A stretch of DNA of 64,000 bases, from NCBI GenBank assembly GCA_964291625.2, contig OZ220090.1, positions 448,001-512,000 on the forward strand. Reading direction: 5' to 3'. Below, in pieces: positions 29,974 through 40,080 of this stretch. This DNA comes from Candidatus Latescibacterota bacterium. Its GTDB lineage: Bacteria; Latescibacterota; UBA2968; UBA8231. The notes under the pieces are model-generated. The model was given only the letters and a program-made list of their open reading frames with translations, was not told the origin of the DNA and searched no databases. Positions within the stretch are counted from its first letter, which is position 1. Every line of letters starts with the position of its first letter. Both the position numbers and the translations under genes were made by a program.

Positions 29974-30750
29974 TCAGGCGGCGGTCCAGCCGCCGTCGAC
30001 GTACAAGGTGGTACCGGTGATGTAGCTGGCCGCCTCCGAGGCCAGGAAGACCACGGCCCATGCCACCTCCTCGGGCCGTCCGAACCGGCCCAAGGGGGTT
30101 CGTTCCTCCACCCAGCCGCGCAGCTTGTCCCGCTTCTTGACCTCCGCCGTCATCTCCGTGTCGATGTACGCCGGGGCCACGGCATTCACCCGCACCCCAC
30201 GGGAAGCCCACTCCACCGCCAGGGTGCGGGTCAGCGACGCGAGGGCGGCCTTCGAAGCCGAGTACGCGGCCAGCCTCGGGAGGGTCCGGTCGGCGCCGAT
30301 GGAAGTCAGGTTGACCACCGAGCCGCTGCCCCTGTCGAGCATCGCCGGCCCGAGGTGACGGATGACGCGGAAGGTGCCGTCGAGGTTGACGCGCAGGACT
30401 TCGCTCCACTCCTCGTCGCTCCAGGTCTCGGCGGCTTTCACGAAGGGGCTCACGGCGGCGTTGTTCACCAGTACGTCCACACCTTCGGGCCATGCGTCCG
30501 AGATGCGTTCGCCCAGCAACGCGATGCCGTCGGGCGTGCCCAGGTCGGCTGGTACGGCGATGGCCCGCCCCCCCGATGCCTCCACGCTGGCCACTGTGGC
30601 CTTCAACTGGGACTCCGTGCGGCTCGTGACGGCGACTTCGGCGCCCGACCGGGCGAGGGCCACGGCGCAGGCCCGGCCGATCCCTCGGCCCCCGCCGGTC
30701 ACCAGGGCCCGCCGGCCCTGCAGACCAAAGGGGGAGGCACTGTCTTTCAT
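29974..30750 (-). CDS. Short-chain dehydrogenase/reductase
   Basis: TGGGRGIG, NNAA, YSASK, VNAVAP, VDGG. Confidence 0.9.
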   Translation of the reverse strand: MKDSASPFGLQGRRALVTGGGRGIGRACAVALARSGAEVAVTSRTESQLKATVASVEASGGRAIAVPADLGTPDGIALLGERISDAWPEGVDVLVNNAAVSPFVKAAETWSDEEWSEVLRVNLDGTFRVIRHLGPAMLDRGSGSVVNLTSIGADRTLPRLAAYSASKAALASLTRTLAVEWASRGVRVNAVAPAYIDTEMTAEVKKRDKLRGWVEERTPLGRFGRPEEVAWAVVFLASEAASYITGTTLYVDGGWTAA

Positions 30751-30869
30751 CGCGGTCCTCCTCTCTTCATGCAGTGAGTGCCGAAATATAGCTGTCGAGG
30801 CCCGGGAACCGGTGGACACGACCCAGGGTCGGACAGGGTAAGCCACCTCTCCCCGTTCGTCAGCAGGGG

Positions 30870-30898
30870 TTGATATCCGCCCTCCTCCACGTTATACT
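30870..30898 (+). promoter_or_regulatory. Sigma70-type promoter upstream of the sigma factor gene
   Basis: TTGATA-17 nt-TATACT. Confidence 0.65.
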
Positions 30899-31137
30899 CT
30901 CACGGCTCGCGGGGCACTTTCCCCTTCCGGCACCCCCTCCCCGCGCCCCTCTCTCTCCTTCAAGCGATCCCCACGAGTCCAGCGCGCCCGTCTCCCGCGG
31001 TGCGTGGTCCGACTTGTCCTCCCCCCGATTTGCTCTCCCGCTTCGACAGAGGCTCTGTTGCGAGCCGCTGCCCGTCCTCTCCCTCTCCCGGCTTCAGGGG
31101 AGGGGGCACACCCGCCAGAATGGAGGGGTGTAGTCGC

Positions 31138-31992
31138 ATGTCGTCATCAACGTTGCAGACCGATACCCTGGTCGATCGCTACTTCCACGAGATCGAGAGC
31201 TCGGTCGGACTCTCCGCCGCCGAGGAGGTCAAAGTCGCCGCGCGGATCCGGGACGGAGACGAGGGAGCGTTGAGCGAGTTGGTTCAGGCCAACCTGCGCT
31301 TCGTCGTCAGTGTCGCCAAGCAGTACCAGAACCTCGGACTCCCGCTGCCGGACCTGATCAACGAGGGCAACCTCGGCCTGATGACCGCCGCCCGGCGCTT
31401 CGACGGATCCAAGGGCTTCAAGTTCATCTCCTACGCCGTCTGGTGGATCCGGCAGGCGATCCTGCAGGCGTTGGCCGAACAGTCCAGGATCGTGCGTCTG
31501 CCCCTCAACCGCATCGGCGAGCTGACCAAGGTGAACAAGTGCCTCACGCGCCTGGAGCAGCGCCTGGGCCGCGCCCCCGAAGTCGAGGAGGTGGCCGCGG
31601 AGTTGAAGGCCAACCCCGACGACATGGAGATGGTCCTCCGCCTGGCCCAGCGGCCCGTGTCGCTGGAGACACCGTGCGACGAGCAGGAACCGGACCGCCG
31701 CCTGGGAGACCTGCTTCCGGACGAAACCCTGAAGGCCTTTGACGAGGTTCTGTCGGAAGGCAACCTCCGGGAGGAGATCCAGACGGCCATGGGCGCCCTG
31801 ACCGGCGGCGAGGCGCGCGTGCTGCGCATGTACTACGGGCTCGACGGCCAGGAGCCCATGACCCTGGAGGAGATCGGCAAGTACGTGGGGCGCACGCGCG
31901 AACGGGTTCGCCAGATCAAGGAGAAGGCTCTGCAGAAGCTCCGGCACCCGAACCGCAGCGAGGTGCTGAAGGAGTACTACGGAGAGGGTTGA
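31138..31992 (+). CDS. RpoD/SigA-family sigma factor, short form without region 1.1
   Basis: ANLRFVVSVAKQY, DLINEGNLGL, GFKFISYAVWWIRQAILQALAEQSRIVRLP, TLEEIG, TRERVRQIKEKAL. Confidence 0.9.
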   Translation: MSSSTLQTDTLVDRYFHEIESSVGLSAAEEVKVAARIRDGDEGALSELVQANLRFVVSVAKQYQNLGLPLPDLINEGNLGLMTAARRFDGSKGFKFISYAVWWIRQAILQALAEQSRIVRLPLNRIGELTKVNKCLTRLEQRLGRAPEVEEVAAELKANPDDMEMVLRLAQRPVSLETPCDEQEPDRRLGDLLPDETLKAFDEVLSEGNLREEIQTAMGALTGGEARVLRMYYGLDGQEPMTLEEIGKYVGRTRERVRQIKEKALQKLRHPNRSEVLKEYYGEG

Positions 31993-32022
31993 TCCATCGC
32001 CGTCGGAGGGCCCCGGCCCCGG

Positions 32023-32074
32023 TTGACAGGTCACAACCCTCCGGTATCTTCTTCTGGTTCGTACGCCGTATAAT
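32023..32074 (+). promoter_or_regulatory. Promoter elements for tRNA-Asn
   Basis: TTGACA(32023)-16 nt-TATCTT, plus a TATAAT at 32069-32074 just before the tRNA. Confidence 0.55.
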
Positions 32075-32082
32075 CATGCGGT

Positions 32083-32158
32083 TCCGGCGTAGCTCAGTTG
32101 GCAGAGCGGGTGGCTGTTAACCACTTAGTCGTAGGTTCGAGTCCTACCGCCGGAGCCA
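32083..32158 (+). tRNA. tRNA-Asn (GTT)
   Basis: Acceptor stem TCCGGCG/CGCCGGA, D-arm AGCTCAGTTGGCAGAGC, anticodon loop CTGTTAA, T-loop GTTCGAGTC, encoded CCA; 76 nt. Confidence 0.97.
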
Positions 32159-32192
32159 AATAACACGCCGCTGAGGTTCGCGGTCCTGGCCG

Positions 32193-32221
32193 AGACCCCG
32201 AGGGGATACCTTTCGGGGTCT
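32193..32221 (+). terminator. Hairpin after tRNA, probable terminator
   Basis: agaccccgagggg/cctttcggggtct stem with G-U pairs. Confidence 0.6.
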
Positions 32222-32262
32222 TGCCGTACCTGGACCCGTCCCATCGATCTCGACAGGCCGAC

Positions 32263-33480
32263 ATGATCTGGCCGTGCAAGAGATTCGACTTCAGCTGGTC
32301 CGACTGGCTCTTCGCCATACGGAGATGCCTGAAGCCGCCTCGGGGGCAGGACATGGCCGCCCGCGTGGAGAGTCTGTGGTCGGCGGAGGGGGATGTCATG
32401 GCCTGCCTCACGGCTCGCTCCGCCTTCGACCTGTTCCTGCGGGCGAAGCGGTGGAGGCCCGGCGACGAGATCATCTTCACCGCCCTCACGGTGCCCGACA
32501 TGCCGCGCATCGCCCGGGAGCACGGGCTGAGGGTTGTGCCCCTCGACATCGATCCCCGGACCGCCGCCTGGGACGTGGACGCCCTGGAGCGATGCATCGG
32601 GCCTCGAACGAGAGCCGTCGTGCTGACGCACCTCTTCGGCGCCCGCCTCAAGGTCGAACCGGCCATGGCCGTCGCCCGGCGGCACGGCATCGCCGTGGTG
32701 GAGGACTGCGCCCAGGCCTACCGCGGACCGGGCCGGAACGGCCACCCCGAGGCCGACCTGGCCCTCTTTTCCTTCGGCCCCATGAAGATCGCAACCTCCC
32801 TGGGCGGCGCCGTGGCCCGCGTCCTCCAGCCCGAGGTGCGCCTGGGAATGGCCGCCTTCCTCGAGCAGTACCCCATGCAGTCCACGGGTGAGTTCACGCG
32901 CCGGGTGCTGCTCTACGGCCTGTTGAAGGCGGCCTCCAATCCGACCGTCTACGGGGCCCTGGTATTCCTGGCGGAGCTTGTGGGGCTGCACCGGGAGCGA
33001 TGGATCCACGGGCTCACCCGCAACGTGCCTGGCCACGACCTGCTGGGTCACATCCGGCGCAGGCCCTGCGCCGCCCTTCTGAGCCTCCTCGAGCGCAGGC
33101 TCCGGGAGGGGGATGCGCCCGTGGCGCGGCGCACCGCACCCGGGGAACTCCTCTTCCGCGCCCTGGGCGGTGAGGTGCAGGTGCCCACACGCGGCTCCGG
33201 CGCACACGCGTACTGGATCATCCCGGTCCTGGCCGCCAACCGCGACGAGTTGAAGGTCTCCCTTCGCCGTCACGGCTTCGATCCCATGTCGGAGCGGCTG
33301 AGCGTCGTCCGCGGAGAGGGGATGGAAGCTCCCGGAGCCGGGCGCCTGTCGGAGTCGGTCTACCTGCCCTTCGATCCGGGCATGCCCGCCGCCGAACTCG
33401 AGCGGCTCGGAGCCCTGGTGACTCGCCTGGCCGCCGTGGACCGGCCCCGCGAGGCGACCGTGCCATCGGCGGTCTCCTGA
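32263..33480 (+). CDS. DegT/DnrJ/EryC1/StrS-family PLP enzyme (divergent)
   Basis: PGDEII, TRAVVLTHLFG, VEDCAQA, FSFGPMK (PLP Lys). Confidence 0.8.
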   Translation: MIWPCKRFDFSWSDWLFAIRRCLKPPRGQDMAARVESLWSAEGDVMACLTARSAFDLFLRAKRWRPGDEIIFTALTVPDMPRIAREHGLRVVPLDIDPRTAAWDVDALERCIGPRTRAVVLTHLFGARLKVEPAMAVARRHGIAVVEDCAQAYRGPGRNGHPEADLALFSFGPMKIATSLGGAVARVLQPEVRLGMAAFLEQYPMQSTGEFTRRVLLYGLLKAASNPTVYGALVFLAELVGLHRERWIHGLTRNVPGHDLLGHIRRRPCAALLSLLERRLREGDAPVARRTAPGELLFRALGGEVQVPTRGSGAHAYWIIPVLAANRDELKVSLRRHGFDPMSERLSVVRGEGMEAPGAGRLSESVYLPFDPGMPAAELERLGALVTRLAAVDRPREATVPSAVS

Positions 33481-33483
33481 GGA

Positions 33484-35181
33484 ATGGGGGCCGAGGCGAC
33501 TCCGGGGCTGGTGCGGGTCCGCCTGGGGGACGCGCGTGAGAGCGATCTGGAGGGGGCAGGCTATCTCTTCGACGGATACCTGGTCGCCGATGATGCGCTG
33601 CTGGTCGGCCCCGAGGCCTCCGACCACTTCGGGCTCGTGCTGGCCCGCCACGGGATCGAGGGAGCCCTCGACCGTCTGAACGGATCCTACCGGTACGTGG
33701 TGAAGCAGGAGGGTTGGGTGTGGTTCGGTATCGACCACTTCGGGGGGACGGCCCTGTTCTACCAGCTGGACCCGGAGCTGAGCCTCTTCGACGACCCTTC
33801 CGCCCAGGTGCGGAACCCTGACTACAGCGACGCCGCGGTCTGTTGTCTTCTGGCCTCGGGGTTCACCCTCGATGACGAGACCATCTACTCGGGGATCCGG
33901 GAGTGCGGCTCCGGCGTTCTCTACGAGTTCGAGACCGCCACCGGACAGCTGCGCCAGAGGACGTGGTTCAAGTTCAACCTCCATCCCCTAGGGGACTGCG
34001 ATCCGGACGAGCTGGAAGCGGCCCTGATGCGCTCCCTGCCGCACCTGGCCCCCCGGGAGGGGAGCTACCTCCTGCCCCTGAGCGGCGGCCTGGACTCGAG
34101 GACGATTCTCGCCCTCGCCCTGAAGCGCCGCCAGCCTCTGGAGGCCTTCACCTACGGAGTGCCGGCGGCGAGGGACCATACCATACCCGGCCGGATCTGC
34201 GCCGAGCTGGGGCTGCGCCACACCACCATCCCCACGACAAGGGCTGAAGGGAAGGCCTGGTTCGAGAGCGCCGACATGAGGGAGATGGTGAAGGCCATGC
34301 ACTTGGGCCGAAGCCTTCCCGAGGAGTCCGACTGGCGGCCCATGGCCCGGCTCGGCCCCGGTCCTTTCGTCGTCTGCCCGGGCCACGGGGGGGACTGGCT
34401 GACGGGCTCCTTCATCGACGCCCGCCTCCTCCACACCCGGACCCTGGAGGGCCTGGTCGAGTACCTTCTCGACTTTCACTGCAGCCTCACGGCGATATCG
34501 AGCCCCGGCTTCGCGGAGCTGTTGCGGGAGACGATCCGCCGCAGCCTGGCCGCCATCGCCCCCGATTGCGGAGAGGACCCCCTGGCCTGTGCCGAGCGCT
34601 GGAACCTGGAGCACCGGCAGAGGAAGTACATCGTCAACTCGGCCAGGAAGTACCGCTACCTGGGCATGCACATGTACCTGCCGTTCTTCGACCGGCACCT
34701 GATGGCGCTCTTCATGGGCCTGAAGACGCGGCACCGTACCCGCCAGCGCGCGTACGTCGGGTTTCTCGGCGCGCGCCTCTACACCGGGCGTCTCGCGGCT
34801 CTGCGCCGAATCGACAACACCCGGTGGGATCTCGACGTCGATCCACCCGAGATGGGGAGGCCGTCGACGCGGGAGGTGCTGCACCAGCGGCTGCGGGAAA
34901 TCGATCGCAGGAAGTACCGCAAGCGCTTCCTCGTCTCCTCCATGGAGGGCTACGAGGATGCGGCGGCGATGCTGAGTTCCCGCGACAAGGCCTGCTTCCT
35001 GCGGCAGAGGGTGGATGAGGCCTTTCCGCTCCTCCATCCCTGCGTGGAGCAGCTCCGGGGCCTCGGCTGCGAGGAGTCCGCCCGTCACGTGAGCTGGACC
35101 CTGAGGCAACAGGTTTCGCAGATGAATCCGGTGGGGCTCTTCGTCTGCGCCTTCCTTCCATACCTGCTCGAGGTCGAATAG
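33484..35181 (+). CDS. Asparagine-synthase-related protein
   Basis: LNGSY, DHFG, PP-loop LSGGLDSR, FTYG, PGHGGD, RQRKYIVNS, PFFDR. Confidence 0.75.
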   Translation: MGAEATPGLVRVRLGDARESDLEGAGYLFDGYLVADDALLVGPEASDHFGLVLARHGIEGALDRLNGSYRYVVKQEGWVWFGIDHFGGTALFYQLDPELSLFDDPSAQVRNPDYSDAAVCCLLASGFTLDDETIYSGIRECGSGVLYEFETATGQLRQRTWFKFNLHPLGDCDPDELEAALMRSLPHLAPREGSYLLPLSGGLDSRTILALALKRRQPLEAFTYGVPAARDHTIPGRICAELGLRHTTIPTTRAEGKAWFESADMREMVKAMHLGRSLPEESDWRPMARLGPGPFVVCPGHGGDWLTGSFIDARLLHTRTLEGLVEYLLDFHCSLTAISSPGFAELLRETIRRSLAAIAPDCGEDPLACAERWNLEHRQRKYIVNSARKYRYLGMHMYLPFFDRHLMALFMGLKTRHRTRQRAYVGFLGARLYTGRLAALRRIDNTRWDLDVDPPEMGRPSTREVLHQRLREIDRRKYRKRFLVSSMEGYEDAAAMLSSRDKACFLRQRVDEAFPLLHPCVEQLRGLGCEESARHVSWTLRQQVSQMNPVGLFVCAFLPYLLEVE

Positions 35182-35223
35182 CCCCGAGGCCGGCCGCATC
35201 CCGATCCTCTCCCGATCGAATCG

Positions 35224-36753
35224 ATGTCCCTCGACAGGGATCGCGAACTCACAGGCCATTCGGGCCTCTCCCTCGGCCGGCGGGCCGGCTGGCTCACCCT
35301 GGGCCGGATCTCCCATACCGCCGCCCTGCTGCTGGTGGGAGCGATCCTCTCGCGCGCCCTGTCACCGGCGGAGTACGGGCAGTATCAACAGGCATGGGTC
35401 TACCTGAACATCGCGATCCCCCTGTTCCTCTTCGGGATGCCGGTGAGCCTCAGCTACTTCCTGGCCCCCGCGGAGGGACCCGCCCGTGACCGACGAGCCG
35501 CTCAGCATGTCCTCCTGATCCTCCTCTTCGCCGCTCTCTTCGCCCTGTGCGCCGGGGGCCTCTGGATGGCGGCCTCGGCGTTCTCCATCCCCGCCGAGGT
35601 GCGGGTCCTCATGCCCGCGGGCATCCTCACCGGCGCGGGGATGATCGCCTGCGGCTTCCTGGAGCCGGTTCTGATCATCTACGGCAGGCACAGGGTCCTC
35701 ACCGGGTCGCTGCTCCTCTTCGCCGCCCTGCACCTGACGGCGGTGCTGGCAGGCTGGTTCCTCGGGGGATCCCTCGAGTCGATCTTCGCCTGCCTGGGCG
35801 GCTCGGTGGTCCTGAGGGTGGTCTGGAGCTACCTCCTCCTCTTCCGGCTCCTGCGGCCCCTGTCCCTCGATCTGCTTCGGCAGCCTCTCGAGGATCCCCT
35901 GAAGTACGCGTGGCGTGTCGGCCTTCGCGACGGGATCGAGGTCCTGTCCAGGTTCGTCGACAAACTGATCTTCCTCTCCTTCTTCACCACCGCCCAGTTC
36001 GCCTTCTACCACAACGGCGCATGGGAGATCCCGGTCGTCATCTTCGTGCATTCCATGCTCGCCGTCCTGCTGCCCGAGCTTCGGGTGGCCTGCAGCCGCG
36101 GAGACATGGCAGAGGTCCTGAACCTGATGCACTTCGCCGCCAGAAGGGTGGCGCTGGTCCTCTTTCCGGCGGCGGCCTTCGCCTTCTCGGTGGCGCCGGA
36201 GCTGACGAGCTTCCTCTTCGGAGAGGACTACCGCGACAGCGGCGCCTACCTGCGGGTCTTCCTCCTCCTGCTGCCCCTGCGGGTCTCGACGGCCGGACTC
36301 GTCCTGCTGGCGGCCAACCGCACGCGGGCGGTGCTCCTGGGCACCGGGGTCGACCTGGTGCTGGCCGCCGTGCTGGGAGTGGCCCTGGTACCGTGGTTGG
36401 GGACGCTGGCGCCGGCCGTGGCCCTGGTGGTGAGCACGTCCTGCCAGGTGGGCTTCTACAACTGGCGGGCCTCGACGGTCATCGGCCGGCCCCTGCCGGA
36501 GATCCTGCCGTGGCCGGCCCTCGGGAGGCTGGCCCTGCCGAGCGCGGCCGCCGCCCTGGGCGCGGCTCTCTGCGCGCGCTTCGAGTCGGCTCTCCTGAAC
36601 CTGATGACGGCCGGTATCGTCTTCGTCCTGTTGCTCTGGGGCCTGGGCCTGAGCCTGCGCCTGTTCGACGCCAGGGAGCGGGTCCTGCTGGGGACGGCGG
36701 CGAGATCCGCGGCGGCGAGGTGCCGATCGGTCCTGGTCCGCCGCGGCGACTGA
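35224..36753 (+). CDS. Wzx-like oligosaccharide flippase (MOP superfamily)
   Basis: ILSRALSPAEYGQY, FVDKLI, LFGEDY; about 12-14 TM. Confidence 0.8.
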   Translation: MSLDRDRELTGHSGLSLGRRAGWLTLGRISHTAALLLVGAILSRALSPAEYGQYQQAWVYLNIAIPLFLFGMPVSLSYFLAPAEGPARDRRAAQHVLLILLFAALFALCAGGLWMAASAFSIPAEVRVLMPAGILTGAGMIACGFLEPVLIIYGRHRVLTGSLLLFAALHLTAVLAGWFLGGSLESIFACLGGSVVLRVVWSYLLLFRLLRPLSLDLLRQPLEDPLKYAWRVGLRDGIEVLSRFVDKLIFLSFFTTAQFAFYHNGAWEIPVVIFVHSMLAVLLPELRVACSRGDMAEVLNLMHFAARRVALVLFPAAAFAFSVAPELTSFLFGEDYRDSGAYLRVFLLLLPLRVSTAGLVLLAANRTRAVLLGTGVDLVLAAVLGVALVPWLGTLAPAVALVVSTSCQVGFYNWRASTVIGRPLPEILPWPALGRLALPSAAAALGAALCARFESALLNLMTAGIVFVLLLWGLGLSLRLFDARERVLLGTAARSAAARCRSVLVRRGD

Positions 36754-36775
36754 CGCCGCCGGTGGGTTGCGGCCG

Positions 36776-38776
36776 TCAGCCTCGGGCGGCGATGGCCCGG
36801 ACCGCGTCGACCGCCTCGGGATTGACGAGGCCCGAGGTGTCGCCGGGGTCCTCGCCGAGCCAGGCGGCCCTCAGGACCCGGCGCATCAGCTTGGCGTTTC
36901 GCGTCTTCGGCAGGTCGGGGACGAAGAGGACTCGTGCCGGCCGCAGGGGCCTGCCCATCTCCTCGACGATGCGCTCGCCGAGGGCGGCCTCGAGATCCTC
37001 TCCGGCGGAGAATCCCTCCTCGAGCACGCAGAAGCAGACGATCTCCGCTCCCTTCAGCTCGTCCGGCACACCGATGGCGCCGGCCTCGACCACGGCCGGG
37101 TGGGCCACCAGGACCGACTCGAACTCCGAGGGGCCGACGCGTTTCCCGCCGACATTGATCGTGTCGTCGGAGCGGCCCAGGATCCACCAGTGTCCGTCGT
37201 CGTCCACCAGGGCCCAGTCCCCGTGGACCCAGACACCGGGGAAGCGCGACCAGTAGGTCTCCAGGTAGCGCCGGTTGTCCTCGTCTCCCCAGAAACCCCG
37301 GGTCATGCCGATCCAGGGGGTGCGGACGGCGAGCTCGCCCACCTGGTTGCGCACGGGGCGGCCCTCCTCGTCGAGGACGACCGCGTCCATCCCGGGGCAG
37401 GGCGCGGAGAACGCGGCCGGTTTGGACGGCCTCAGGGGGTTGTCCATGAGGATGCCGCCGCTCACCTCGGTGCCGCCGGAGTAGTTGACGATGGGGATCC
37501 GCCCGCCCCCGACCTCCTCGAAGAGCCAGCGCCAGGGCTCGGGGTTCCAGGGCTCGCCGGTGGAGCCGAAGGACCGCAGCCGCGACAGGTCTCGCCGGCG
37601 ATGGTGCTGCGATCCCCTGGACTTGAGGACCCGCACCAGGGTGGGGGAGAGCCCCATCTGGGTCAGGCCCCGGCCTTCGGCCATCTCCCAGATGCGGCCG
37701 AGGTCCGGGTAGTCGGGGGCCCCCTCATAGAGGAAGCAGGAGGCGCCGAGGAGGCTGGTGCCGAAGACCAGCCAGGGCCCCATCATCCAGCCCATGTCCG
37801 TGATCCAGTAGGCCAGGTCCCCGGGGTGGACGTCGAGTCCGAAGCACATGTCCTGGGCCGCCTTCACCGGGAATCCGCAGTGGGTGTGGACGGCTCCCTT
37901 CGGGCGGCCCGTGGTGCCGGAGGTGTAGAGGATCATCATCCTCTCCTCCGCCTCCGTGTCGTGGGGAAGGCACTCCGGAGACTGGTCCGGCACCAGCCGG
38001 TGCCACCAGTGGTCCCTTCCGGCGCACATGTCGGCGGGATTGCCGCAGTGCCGCAGGACCAGGACCGTGCGGATCTGCGGCAGCTGGGCGAGGGCGGCGT
38101 CGGCGACGCTCTTCAGGGGGACCGTCGCGCCCCGGCGGGAGAAGCCGTCGGCGGTGATCAGGGCCGCGGCGCCGGCGTCGGAGAGGCGGGAGGCGACGGC
38201 CCCGGCGCCGAAGCCGGTGAACAGGGGAAGGACCACGCCGCCGATGCGGATCACCGCCAGCAGGGCCACGACGATCTCGGCCGTCATCGGCAGCAGGAGG
38301 CCGACGCGGTCCCCGGGCCGAATGCCCAGGGCCCGCAGGGCGTTGCCGCAGCGTCCAACCTCGGCCGCCAGTTGCGCGTACGTGAGAGTCGTCACCTCGC
38401 CGGCCTCGGACTCGGCGACGACCGCGGTTCGCCCCGCGCTCTCGGGGGACTCGAGCCAGCGGTCGAGGCAGTTGACGGTGATGTTCATGCGCCCGCCGGG
38501 GCACCAGCGGGGGAGGGCGGGACCCCGGCCCAGGTCGACGACGCCATCGTACGGGGTGGAGAACCGGAGGCCCAGGAACCGCAGGACAGCCTCGGTGAAA
38601 GCGCCCACATCGCGGGTGGACCAAGCCATCAGATCGTCGAAGTCGGCCGCCCCGTGGAGCTCCATGAATCGCCTGAGGTTTGCCCGGTCGAGGTGGTGCG
38701 GCTCCGGGGACCAGAGGATGCTGCCGGCGTCGGGCAGGGGATGCCGGCCCCGCGAGGATCGGGTCATCGCCGCCAC
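36776..38776 (-). CDS. Acetyl-/acyl-CoA synthetase (AMP-forming)
   Basis: YTSGTTGRPKG, TDMGWMMG, STGEPW, GRSDD, LPKTRNAKLMRR. Confidence 0.9.
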   Translation of the reverse strand: MAAMTRSSRGRHPLPDAGSILWSPEPHHLDRANLRRFMELHGAADFDDLMAWSTRDVGAFTEAVLRFLGLRFSTPYDGVVDLGRGPALPRWCPGGRMNITVNCLDRWLESPESAGRTAVVAESEAGEVTTLTYAQLAAEVGRCGNALRALGIRPGDRVGLLLPMTAEIVVALLAVIRIGGVVLPLFTGFGAGAVASRLSDAGAAALITADGFSRRGATVPLKSVADAALAQLPQIRTVLVLRHCGNPADMCAGRDHWWHRLVPDQSPECLPHDTEAEERMMILYTSGTTGRPKGAVHTHCGFPVKAAQDMCFGLDVHPGDLAYWITDMGWMMGPWLVFGTSLLGASCFLYEGAPDYPDLGRIWEMAEGRGLTQMGLSPTLVRVLKSRGSQHHRRRDLSRLRSFGSTGEPWNPEPWRWLFEEVGGGRIPIVNYSGGTEVSGGILMDNPLRPSKPAAFSAPCPGMDAVVLDEEGRPVRNQVGELAVRTPWIGMTRGFWGDEDNRRYLETYWSRFPGVWVHGDWALVDDDGHWWILGRSDDTINVGGKRVGPSEFESVLVAHPAVVEAGAIGVPDELKGAEIVCFCVLEEGFSAGEDLEAALGERIVEEMGRPLRPARVLFVPDLPKTRNAKLMRRVLRAAWLGEDPGDTSGLVNPEAVDAVRAIAARG

Positions 38777-38792
38777 GTGGCTGGCGCCGCCA

Positions 38793-39914
38793 TCAGACCG
38801 CGTAGGCCACCGAGCCGTCCTGGCGCAGGGGGGTGGCGCCCGTGTTCATCGGCTGGAAGGGCCGCTCGGGGATGAGCTCGTCCACCAGCTCCACGCCCAG
38901 GCCCGGCACCTCGGGCACCGGGATGTGCCCGCCCTCGCGCCGGTGGGCGCAACGGTACACGGCGTTCGCCTCGGCCTCGTCGCCCTTGGTGTACTCCTGG
39001 GTGATGAAGTTGGGGATGGAGGCGTCGAGATGGACCGAGGCCGCCGTCACCAGGGGGCCGAGGAAGTTGTGGGTCACCACCGCGCAGTGATGGGACTCGG
39101 CGATGGCGGCGATCTTCTTGCAGTGGGTCAGGCCGCCCGCCAGGCCCACGTCCGGACGCACGTACTGAGGTCCGCCGCTCTCGAGGAGCTCGCGGAACTC
39201 CCAGATCGTGGTCAGCCGCTCGCCGTTGCCCACGGCAACGTTGCAGCGCCTCGCCACCTCGGCCTGGCTCTGGACGCTGTCGATCTGGATCGGGTCCTCG
39301 AGGAAGAACAGGTTGAAGGGCCGCAGCGCCTCGGCCAGGGTCCAGGCGGTCATGGGGGTCAGCTTGCGGTGGACCTCGACGATCAGGTCGAGGTCGGGGC
39401 CGCCGCCTTCGCGGGCGGCGGCGACCAGGTCGCGGGCCCGCCCCACCATGCGGTCGATGCCGGCGTCGATGTGGTGGACGGGGTCGAACTTCAGGGCCGT
39501 GAACCCCTCCTCGACGGCGCCGCGGGCGTGGGCGCGCATGGCCTCCGGCGTGTCGGCCCCACCCAGGAGATGCAGGCGGATGCGGTCTCGGCAGCGCCCT
39601 CCGAGAAGCTCCCAGACCGGGGCCTGGTAGTGCTTGCCCTTGATGTCCCAGAGGGCGATGTCGACGGCGCTCACCGCCCCGGCCAGGGCCGTGCCCCGGA
39701 AGGGGGACATGCGGTAGAGGTGCTGCCAGTGATGCTCGATGCGCAGCGGATCCTGCCCGACGAGGTAGCGCTCGAAGGCGGAGACGATGCTCTGCACCGC
39801 CTCCGGATACCCCCAGCAGGCGGTCTGTCCGACGCCGGTCAGTCCGCTGTCGGTGGTGAGGCGCACGACGTAGCCGCCGCCGATGAGAAAGGACTCGATG
39901 CGCTCGATCTTCAT
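38793..39914 (-). CDS. Galactonate-dehydratase-like enolase-superfamily enzyme
   Basis: SAVDIALWDIKGK, KFDP, EVH, EDP, GERL, RPD, HN, QE, PGLG. Confidence 0.85.
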   Translation of the reverse strand: MKIERIESFLIGGGYVVRLTTDSGLTGVGQTACWGYPEAVQSIVSAFERYLVGQDPLRIEHHWQHLYRMSPFRGTALAGAVSAVDIALWDIKGKHYQAPVWELLGGRCRDRIRLHLLGGADTPEAMRAHARGAVEEGFTALKFDPVHHIDAGIDRMVGRARDLVAAAREGGGPDLDLIVEVHRKLTPMTAWTLAEALRPFNLFFLEDPIQIDSVQSQAEVARRCNVAVGNGERLTTIWEFRELLESGGPQYVRPDVGLAGGLTHCKKIAAIAESHHCAVVTHNFLGPLVTAASVHLDASIPNFITQEYTKGDEAEANAVYRCAHRREGGHIPVPEVPGLGVELVDELIPERPFQPMNTGATPLRQDGSVAYAV

Positions 39915-40080
39915 CCCGGTGTCTCGCTTCTTTCGGCTCCTGCCCCGCCGGCTATATTAGCACCTCCCGCCTCGACGACGCGAACCTCGGCCCTTTCACC
40001 GCACCAGGAAGCGCGCGCCTCGCCCCTTGGGCCCGCGCGCCATCGACGTTGCGCCCGGCCGGGCCCCGACAGAGGGAGCG

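Noticed and set aside
32083-32221. Integrated element at tRNA-Asn
   Set aside because: No integrase and no second copy of the tRNA 3' end seen by eye in the window
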